Shown: positions 48,801 through 59,049 of the stretch, piece after piece | Position numbering within the stretch: the stretch's first letter is position 1 | Layout: each line of letters starts with the position of its first letter | Assembly (NCBI GenBank): GCA_965637545.1 | Contig: OZ281497.1 | Location: 18,228,001 to 18,292,000, forward strand | DNA from: Phallusia mammillata | Lineage: Eukaryota | Direction of reading: 5' to 3' | Length of the DNA: 64,000 nucleotides | Notes under the pieces: model-generated | What the model was told of the DNA's origin: nothing | The model's database searches: none | The model's input: the letters and a program-made list of their open reading frames with translations, nothing else | Made by a program: the position numbers and the translations under genes

Positions 48801-51800
48801 CCTAAAGGACTGCGGACCCCAGTTTGGGAACCGCTGCTTTAAAGCAAAGATCTTAAACTTCCTTTCTGTGTTACTTGCACGTTGAGACAGCAATTCTTTC
48901 TTCAATGGGCCATGGGCTTTACCCTACCTGTCCCTTAACTTTGTCCCAATACAAAGGGATGATAGGTAGCTCCTCCTTGATATATGCTTGCAATATATCT
49001 CGCAGGCTTAGAATGGCTTCCTAAGACAATTCCCTCCAACTGCCGCATCGTGGTTTCCACCCGTCGCTCCGACCTCACTTATAAGGCACTTAAGGCGAGA
49101 GACGACGTTCGTTTTCATTGGATGCCCTCAATTGAAGTAAAGACACGGGAGAAAATTTTTCAGATATTGTATCGCGAAGATGGTATGAACTTTTTCAGGT
49201 TTTAATGCAAGATAACGTTAGCTGTGCCGTTTCAGCAAGGGATGTTTTGGGTCGCGATCTCTTGGATAAAATTTGGACAAACCGATTGAGCGAGCGCCCA
49301 CTCTTCTTGGCCACACTCGCCGACCTATTGAGGTCATGCAGAAACGAACGAGACATCACGCAGGTCGTGGATAAGTGCACAGCACTAAGAATTTTCAGGT
49401 ATAATGTGGTCTAGAAGAATAAACCAACATATCTAAATCAAAAGCGCATTAAGTTTATAAGTTCCCGGTCGCTTTTTTGTTTCAATGGTATGTGGCTGAA
49501 CACTAAGTTTTCGTAAAAATGTTCAGGGACTTTTGGAAAAGCGTCTTCTTGCTATGGAGCCGTCGCCACAGTTGGAACAAGCAGTCTTCGGGTCAGCCTG
49601 GCTCAATTCGACTTCGATCGGGTGCGGCAGGATGGGTATCAGACTCGCTGAAGATGATTGCGTCAGCCAGAAGCGGACTTTTGCCGCATGAAATCCTACA
49701 TCTTCTATCACTTACAGGATATAGAGGAAGGGCCACTGTTACGCCCCACGATTGGAACATGTTTCAGGTTTGCATAATTTATTGTGGTTTGTTATTGTTG
49801 TTTTTCCGAATTAATGTGTTTATCGTTCTATTTCTTTAGCGTACGGCGGGTTCAGCATTGCGCGTGGGACATGATGGTCTCATTACAATCGACCACGATG
49901 ATGCTAAACTTGCCATCAACTATTCCCTGTTCGGTGGAGGGCGCCACTCTGCTTCATCAAGGTTGACTATTTTGTAACTTCTGATTGACCGACGACGCAT
50001 GTGAACAGGCTGGTGCTTCACTGAAAAGCATATAGGTCTTGACATCGCCGACAGCAACCCGTGTAATGCCAAAGTTTAGTTACATGCACAAAATCGTTGT
50101 TTTGTGTACAATACAGACAGATGTAATTTACATGTTTCTAAGACCGGTGCCCAGTATATGCTTCGTCGTGCGTTTGGTGACATAATTGGGACTTTAGAGC
50201 AAATATAGCATGAAATGCATCAAACATGTTTCGGCAGCGATCAACACCATATATATCCGAAGGCTTGGACAGACAATACGCACGATTTTAGTGTTGATAC
50301 GGACTTTTCCAGAATCTTGTGATTGACCTTATAAAGCGTAAATCTATGACCCCGTTTCCAAAACGTTGTTTTTCGGTCGTCACACTTATTCATCAGAAAC
50401 TGTGCATTGATAATTATCATTATATTTATCATTAGATTATAATCAACTCATGTTTTTTTTAGCGCGGCACCAAGCATTGAACAGCGTTTTCACTTGCTAC
50501 TTGGATCGTACTTTCTCAAATACGGATCAATGGAGCGCAAACTCACCGAGTTGCCATGGCAACTGGAACAAGGAAGAGACTTTTCTACTCTTTGCCAGGT
50601 TCTGACTAAACCCAGGTGAGCGGCGATTGTTTCATACTTAAAGCATTTACACTCTTAGTCCCTGGACAAAGATTTGCAATAAAGTTTGGTTGGTAAATGT
50701 AATTGCCGAGAACATTTTGTTTGTGTTCATTCAGATTTTTTCTTGCCATGTGCGAAAAGTCTCAAATCAGACCCAGTTTGCGCGTAGATCACGTGATGCA
50801 CTGGAAGGTTTTGCTGGGGCAGGATTTTGATGCCTTGCAATGTTTCAAAGTAAGTGTGCTAAAGGGTTGAAATACAGATCCAAGCTTGTCAAGGTTACCG
50901 TAAAATTCGCTTTTGTTTGCAATCTTTGGGGGCATTGAGGTATGGGTTTGAACGGTATTATGTTTTTAGCCGACACAAAGACTGAGAATCGACAAAATAA
51001 ACCGGCGTCTTTGTCTTTTTATGTCGCATTATTTTGTGTACAATAGAAGTCGGTCGGTTGAAACAGTCTTTGTGTGAATCGGCTTGTCGCCATTCCACTG
51101 GATAAAACCGATTAAATTTGACGCTTCTCTCAAGTGTTTTATGGCAACAATTGGCAAACTTTGTGCGTTATTTTTTGACCATAAAACACATATATGCTTC
51201 GACTAATGAATCTCACGTAAAATGACCTAAACTGCGAAATATATGTGTGTAATCCAGCCACAATAAATCTTGATACACCATAATACCAATTTACAAGGCG
51301 CCATATACCGAAACAAGCTTCTCAAGCATGAATGTTTTTATAGTTGCTATCTACTGTCTTGTGAAAAACAGGACACATGACTTGAAAACATATTTTTGTC
51401 GGTGTCTTTTCTGTTTACCCAACCGTTCAACAATGGAAATGTGATGATGAAGTGACTATACAAATATAAATTTGACTTTAAAAAAGAAAGAAATACCCTA
51501 TTTAAATCTAAATGTATAAAACTATAGGCAAATGACCAATAAAAAAGAGGCAATATTTTTCGACAATCAGGCGACAGTCCTAGAACTGAAAATTGCCCTT
51601 TGTCGTTCACGGGATTCGAACCCAGGATACTTCCGGGGACGAAACCCGATCAGGTTTTGTTTATGGGTCAGGCGCGCCATGTCATTCGGCCAAGTTCCCT
51701 CCCCAACGGCATTCGGCCAAGCCGTTTTACCTTGGCATTTTTCACTTTTAAAATTAAGATTTGTTATGTAGGCAATGATGAACCAAGCTAGTGTGGAACC

Positions 51801-54800
51801 TTCACCTGCTATCCTCGGCCCAAAAGATTCCCGCCGTGCCAGCGCCGCTACACAAATACACGATGTAAGGAGGTCGCTTCTTGGAATGACCATTAAAGCT
51901 CCCTCGATGATTATCATCACCCAGCATGAAGATGCTCCATCTCTGTATCGGAGCACGGAGGAAAGCAGATCAGAGACAGAGGATCGGGATTTCAGTGAAA
52001 CCGACAGTTTTTCTTTTTTCATTACGGAACCTGAAGTTGAACATCAGTTGACAGTAGGAGGTAAACCCAGTTGAATCAGGTTGTTATGTAGTAGTTTTAG
52101 TTGTGTTTTATGGCTTTTTTTCAAAAAGACGTGATTGATATCAATGGGCCACCATAATATACCATTAAATACTAAAGAGAATGTTAAGTTTTTACATGAA
52201 GTCGGCTTGGAATATTTGTTTCAACTTGTATTAGTTTGGAGGTATTAACAGTGACTGTTAACTTGGAACCTATAGTATCTAATGAATAAATTTCCTTTAT
52301 TATAGGCAATAGCATTCAAGTCTTTTTTCAGGCTGGAATGCAAAAGAGGACGATCCCGAAAAGCTGATTGACACGTCACTACTTGATGACGACGAGCAAT
52401 GTCTGTTGCATTTCTACGTCATCTGGTTTCTTTATCAACTCGGTGACGACTATCACGAACACACTTCTCATGAATCGTTGTCACTGCAGGAACGTTTGGA
52501 GCAGGTAGAGAAAAGCAAATATATTGTGTGCTGATAAACTTGACAGTTAATTACAAAAGTATGTTCTAAAGTACGTGCAGTTACTAACAATCTCGGCGCA
52601 TATAGGGTCGCTGTGAAAATCTAAACAGTTGTACACATGATGCTTAAAATACAATGTATGGTACCAACAATGTGCGTTATCAATAAATAGTAACAGTATG
52701 AGCTTGTTGATCTCAACGCACCGATTGGGATGCTGCTTTAAATTACATGTTTGATTTTTAAAATAACTTTTGTATTTATAGTCACGACCGCTATCCAGCT
52801 CCCAACAACTTGTTCTATTCCGATTGATCCATCTAAACTCTACCATTTCAACTTCGCAAATATGTAGTGCCGAGAAACTGAGGAAAGCCCTCGATATATT
52901 TGACCAACTTTCCTTGCGAACAATGGACGTTTCTCCCCGTGAGAGAAGAGGCTTTAAAATCGCAAAGGGTGAGGCATTTAGATTAAATTCGTGTAGTTTT
53001 TGATTGGCAAATCAACACAAATTTCTTTTATTTGTAGGAGAAATATCGCTTCGTCTTGCAAAACTACTTGTAGCAGATGCGGATTACGAACATGCTCATC
53101 AACTGATCGTGGTAAATAGGCAAGGTGAAATGTCTTTCACCAGATTTTCTGTATTATTATGGTGTTTGTAAACGTTGCAAAATTAAACGTATAAATCTGT
53201 ATCATAAGTAATGCCTGTCAGTACCTAAATTAGTAGTGGCTGTAGTGGTAACGTGCCAATACTGTAGTACTATATAACTATAAGTATACCAGTACGCAGG
53301 GTGTGCCTTAATTGGGTAAAAAATCATATGACCCGGTAACACCCGCACCGTTGTGATTGGCTTTAAGAGCCCCGTTGTTCGAATTTGGGCCGTTTTTGAA
53401 ATCTACTACCAGTACTGTACACGTACACAAAATATTATGTTATCATTACATATTACAGGATTCGTTTGACATCATGCAAAAATGTGGAAGCGTCTGTGGC
53501 CAAGCGCTTGCAGAAATAGTTTTTGGGGCGCTTTTACATTCGCAAGGTAAGCCTTTAGCTTTAGCCTCGTAGTAGTGCTGCGAATAACAGCATAATTGCA
53601 CCGACTGTATTACTTCGACAGAAATGTGCAACGAAGCAACGGATATGACAAATCGGGGCTTGAGCACGTACCTCAAATGGCATGGCAAAAAGCATTTGGA
53701 TGTGGCTTTTGCATATTCTGACCTTGCTCATGTGTACGCAACATCGGCTGATAACAACCAGTAAGCAAATCTTTCAGACAACAGAAAAACATAACCCTGT
53801 TCAACACCAATTGGTCACTAATGCAATTAATGAGTTTTATGACGTAACAATGCATTGTAAGAAATAGTTTTGTTAAATTCTAACATTGTAGTTTTATTTT
53901 GCCAGGAATTTGAGGCGCAAGGCTATGTTGGCTTTAAAGCAAGCACTGGAAATATTTGACTTCAACAAGAAGAAAATGGAAGGAGCTGAAATTGCAAACC
54001 GCATTGGTATGAAATCTTAAATAAAAGCAATCATCTTAATTAGCAGATGCCATGTGGTTTAGCAGACAATTATCCTACTCACTTTTTAGCTGAATCACAA
54101 TTACTTAAGCTTTCTGATGTTGTTTTGTTTAACCAGGGCATTTGCTTACGGCTGAAGATAACTTGAGAAGCAAATTGGAGGCAGAGGAATGTTTTGACCG
54201 TGCGCTCGATGCTTACGTCACAAGCGGATCAAGAAAGACAGAAGACGTTCGACAAATGCAACTGTACGAAAATTGCTGAATATAGTACCAGACTTATAAA
54301 ACGTTCCTAACATTTTTATGTCATAGGAATTGGAAACAAACAGCCAGCGATCTCCAGCTTGGTCGTTTTGCCCATGGATCTGCCAAACCACGAGACTTGA
54401 GAAGTACTGAAAGACCCTACAGTTCGTTGTCATGGCACAATCGCGAAATTGATAAGCTCTCGGTCTGTGCAAGCACTATGACTTTGGCCCCTTCAAACAG
54501 TCGTACTTCAGACAAGGTTTATATTAGACACGTCGTTGATTGTGTTTACATCCATTTGAAAATATTTTTCTACGTGTATACAGGTTTCGCGTAGTGGCAA
54601 AGAAAGCTGTTCCCCCCGTTCCAGCCGCCCATATAGTCCGTACAGCACCCGGTCAGTTGGTAACTATGTTTTGGTCACTCCAAGGAGCCAGTCATCTCGA
54701 CGGGTAGGAAACTATGTAAAAAAATAGTCGCTTACTTGGAACATTAGACCCTAAACGTTATTTTTGTTCAAACAAGGTCAAATCGGCAGCTAGTTTGTAT

Positions 54801-56662
54801 TCGTGGCGCGGTAGATCAGTTCCCTCGTCAAGTCCATTGGTATCGGATAGAAAAGATAGAGATCAGCATGTTTCCGGTGAAGGTAAAACATAAAGACCTG
54901 AATATACTTGTGCTTTACCAATTGGATTTTTCGATGCTTACATACTACGCAATCGCTCATAACGCAACGGAGGCAATGGCCTGATGTTTTTCGGTCAGTT
55001 AGACTGTCTCTGTTTCCCAATTTTTACTTGTAGCAGAAGAAATCCGGCTTGGAGGCACAGACCGTTTATCTCGATCGGAAGGTGGCGGCAGAGGCCCACA
55101 AGCAGATCGTCACGATGCTGTTGAGGGCAAAGAAGTGCCTGTGATAATTGTACCTGCCGGACGTAACAGTCGGCTCTCGGTAAAACTTGACCTGGAAGAG
55201 TGGGAAAAGGCCTCGCGTCATGTGACAGATGACGTAGATGATCACGTGTACCTCACAGAAGCTTCGGTACGATCGGAGGTAAAATATGAAGACGAGTGTT
55301 TCTTAACATTTTTATTATCGTCACCCCAGAAACAACCAGATAATTTTATTTGTCCCATTTTTTTAATAAAATGATCAACTACGTCACAGGTGGATGAACT
55401 AAAAATGGTATGTAATTGTGTATGCATTATTATTGTTTTTTTAGTCAAGCACTACAAAGAGGTCCAAACCGACGGCAAACCAGCGAAGGTAATTTTTACT
55501 GTTAAAACACCTTATTTAGCATGTCTAAAATCATTCACCTATTGTACTCTCGTGACTTACGATTAAGCCTTACTTTGGCGATTGTCTGATAATAGCTAAA
55601 TCTAATTTGCCTACTCGTTAGCAATGCTCATTTAAGTATGCACGAACTTGTCTTACAAGATGTTTAGGCAAGTTAGATTATTGGCCCATTACACGCTGCT
55701 CTTACACTCAAACACGTGTCCCTGTCACAGGAATTCGATCCACCAAAGCCACTGCAAATACCGGGCAGGTCCAAATAATTTGTCGTTGTCGGTTCACGGA
55801 CCACACAGCCGCGTGTACGATGTGTTGCCAGCCCCGCCTGCGCCACGCCCAGTGGTCAGATCGACTGGTATTTGTCATGAGTCAGCTTGGTACCATGTTC
55901 CCGGCCGCTACAATCGCCCTGGTGAAGTGTTACCGGCAAAAAGGAGTCAGGTACACTTTGTTCATTTCTTCCCCTGTACAACTATCACGGTAGACGTAGC
56001 TAAAGAAATAGTGGCTTGTGTAACATCGAAGAATGTTTATCAAAATCAACTGGTTTGTCTTCTAGAAACATCCAAGAAGTGAAGGTTCTCTTTCGTCGCG
56101 TCGTATGACTCCCAACTCATCTCGATCGTTGGTATCTTATCGTAATAGGGACGATAAAGGTCTGGCTTATCCAGAGCCAAACTCAACTCGCAGTTTGCAG
56201 AGTGTTATGAAAAGACAAACCACTTCCCAACAGTCGGTATGATTGCTATTTATCTGTCCACTGTTACGTTAGTTTAGCTAATTTGATTGATTTTTACCAT
56301 GGAATTGGGTTTAACTTTTGATCCGCTAAATAGAGACTAGCAATTCGCAGTGTTGCCTCAAATGGTTAATATAGCTCTCGCGTATATATCCTTGTTTTAA
56401 ATTATTTATTTTCGCTATTAAATTTGATTTTATTTGCCTATGCAGAAAAAATATTAATCTGTTCAAGTAGCAAGTCGTGCTTCCTACCTCTGCTACTTTA
56501 GTACATGAATTATAATACCCCGTAATAGTTTACAAACATACTAAATAGCTTAATTGGCTTTTCCAGAACAGAACATTTGCGGAACTACCTATATACGAAG
56601 AAGCTCCAGATGACACAGATAATTTGGAATTTGTAAGCACGGCTGGCGCCAGCTTTGCATAA
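45812..56662 (+). CDS. TTC41: TTC41/GNN-like protein (DUF4062-like N-terminus, NPHP3/NACHT-like P-loop NTPase, TPRs), ~1607 aa, 28 coding exons
   Basis: Exons 45812-46652, 46969-47136, 47403-47499, 47788-47917, 47978-48078, 48135-48289, 49006-49136, 49199-49398, 49527-49767, 49840-49961, 50463-50615, 50735-50849, 51772-52060, 52332-52504, 52782-52968, 53038-53111, 53459-53546, 53622-53760, 53906-54006, 54137-54263, 54327-54516, 54584-54703, 54777-54882, 55034-55278, 55445-55488, 55731-55950, 56066-56236 and 56567-56662 join in phase. Motifs: PICPYISSTFVDLEEE, Walker A GDPGSGKS, Walker B VIVIDNIND, ELPWQL, and TPR HLDVAFAYSDLAHVY. Confidence 0.8.
48418..48836. mobile_element. hAT MITE, family A (419 bp), intronic
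   Basis: TIR CAGTGGTTCCCAAACT/AGTTTGGGAACCGCTG; perfect TSD CTTTAAAG. Confidence 0.92.
51608..51698 (-). repeat. tRNA-derived SINE-like repeat / tRNA pseudogene, copy 2 (intronic)
   Basis: On the minus strand GGAACTTGGCCGAATG...GCGCGCCTGACCCATA...GGGTTCGAATCCCGTG. The acceptor stem does not pair. Confidence 0.65.
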
Positions 56663-57069
56663 ACACAACATTGGACTCCAACCGTCCACGCTTGTTATCA
56701 GTTCTTCGTCCCTGCTCCACCCGTGCTACAGATTTGATTTTTTCTATAGTTTTTGCTTGTATATGTTTTTATGCAACCAAAGTTTTATTGCGTGAGATTT
56801 TGATTTCCCCAGGAATCCGAAGTGACATTTTTCCAAGAGATTTTATTCAGCACTTACCTATTTTAGCACTGTGTTTCAAAAAAAAATATATATATTCTTT
56901 AGCTGTCTTGTAGAAGAACAATAAAACGTAAATTTGAACAAAAAAGAGATGAAAAAACTCTTTAACAGAAGGAAACGCGAAGAAGGAAATGTAGAAACCA
57001 ACATATATTGTATACTTTCAGTGTAAGATTGAAATTTCTAACCGCTAGGGCTAATTTGTTTGGATAGAC

Positions 57070-57303
57070 CAGTGGTCGTCAACCGCCGGGCCGCGGCCCA
57101 TTGCCGGTCCGCGTGGAGATCGGTACTGGGCCGTATGATTTTCAGGTTAAATGCTTTAAATTTTTTCCTCGTGCATCCCGGGGATGATAAAATAATTCAG
57201 GCGTTTTTATTGCTAAATACCTTGTAGTTTTTGAAGGGCCGGTCCGAGATAAAATTTTACTTTCAAAAGCGGTCCGCAGTGCAAAAAAAGTTGCCGACCC
57301 CTG
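57070..57303. mobile_element. hAT-Charlie (MER1-like) MITE, family J
   Basis: TIR CAGTGGTCGTCAAC/GTTGCCGACCCCTG; perfect TSD GGATAGAC; subterminal CCGGTCCG motifs. Confidence 0.88.
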
Positions 57304-57324
57304 GGATAGACCGATTGTTTTAAT

Positions 57325-59049
57325 TCAAAAACTAGGAAAATCTGGAAAGGTTACATTCTTTCTTGTCGGTAATCTAATTGATTCTACGTTTCGTTCCGTA
57401 CACGTCGCGTCGCTGCCACTGGATGGCTCTTGCATGTTTCGCATAGCAGTGTTATAATCTTGCCTTGGGGCTGTAAATCTAGCAGCTTTACCTAAAAAGT
57501 AAAATACATTGGCAAATAATCTGCGACAATGTGTTTAGAACTATACCATTTTACCTGTAATTATGTTCTTCGGCTGTTGTGGTCCACTATCACGTTTAAG
57601 TCCACACCCCTGAGCCTTTGCAACTGTCACTTTCTTTTGGGTAGGTCCACTGCGTTTCGACGCTTGCCCCTGCAGACTTCGCTTAAGAGCTGTAGTTAGG
57701 CCACAATCAAGCAATAGTGGGTTGTAAGAGGGGTCCAGTTGAACATTCTCGAGCGCTGTACTTAATTCTAACGCAACTTCACTTGTAACAGTATCCCAAT
57801 GCGGTTTGACAGGAACACGACATGACATCATAACGTCTCTTGAAGCAATTGACTTAACCAGTAAACATCCCAAACTTTCAGACGCCATGACGGCAAACAA
57901 CGGCCGCGGTCCTAAAATGCCGGCGTAAGTGACGTTTTCGCAAATAACACACTGTTGCGAATCCGCCAGTGCGCGACAAAGAGCGTCGAAACGGTTGCGG
58001 TTTAATTCCAACTCGTCCCATTCAACTTGCCAGCAGCTGGAACTACAAATTAGCAGCGGCGTTCCGAACACTACAGACTCGCATACACTCGCTATCGGGG
58101 TTCGTCTTACCACTTTCAAAATGGTGACCGGCCATGAGTCGGTTGCCTTTAGAGCCGAGCGGTCGTTTGAATATGGCGCTTTTTTAACATCACCCCGTTC
58201 CGATTTAATCTGAAAACACCGACTAAAGGGCAACTCAGATACATCAAATAGACTTTCAACCACATCACACTTAATAGCTATTACCTCATTTTCTTTTGAG
58301 TAGATTTGTAGTTGCAAATGTTCACGATCAGTACTTTCATCTCCAAGCCACTGTTTAAATTCACTCTCAAAACTTAGTGGGTCGCACTCAATTTCTGTAA
58401 CTTCTAAAGTGCCATTAACATCATTTACTGGGTCTGATCCCGTCAAAATTTCTGTCCCACAAGCATTTCCTTCACCTGATTGATTTAACTTTTGGTTGTC
58501 AAGCAGACATAAAACCTTTACTCGGCGCAAATCAGGAAGGCAGACTTTTTCCAAGACTTGTTCGAAAACTTGGGCAACGCACCTTGACTGGTGAAAGGTT
58601 ACAAACGTTACGACAAGCTTATTGCTGCAGCCTCCGTCCTGTTTTAACTTTTGGTACTGCAAGTAAGCATCTTTTAGGCTCCTTTCAATTGATTTAGCGT
58701 CTGGCTGTTCTGTAAAACTGTTCTGACAACAGTCAAGATTAGCCCGATACAGTTCTTCAAGACTGGCCATTATTCTTGAATAGGCAAACTTGTTCAGATG
58801 CTGTGCCGAAAACAGTACTTCAACATACGGCGTAATTGCAAGCATACAAAAGTAAGGAAATCTTTGAGGCCCGCTACAGAGACTGCAAGCTAAACTGAAA
58901 AAGTTACTTAGGCTTTCTTGTAAAGCTGATAATGCTTCATTGCTGAATTTTGAAGTTAGGTCAATCAGCATACAGTGCACAGGTTGCCGAGAAAATGGAA
59001 ATCTTCTGCTAGACGGGCCTGCTTCTCTTCGCGGTAATTTAGCATTCAT
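57325..59049 (-). CDS. M1AP: Meiosis 1 arrest protein, ~553 aa; exons 59049-57555, 57491-57325
   Basis: LQESLSNFFSLACSLCSGPQRF, FKQWLGDESTDREHLQL, GTPLLICSSSCWQVEWDELELNRNRFDALCRAL and YNPLLL match M1AP. Phase-1 GT-AG intron at 57554-57492. Confidence 0.9.

Noticed and set aside
49183-49198. Apparent 16-nt GT-AG micro-intron in TTC41
   Set aside because: Too short and gives the wrong phase; the 62-nt intron 49137-49198 restores the frame, although this junction is the least certain.
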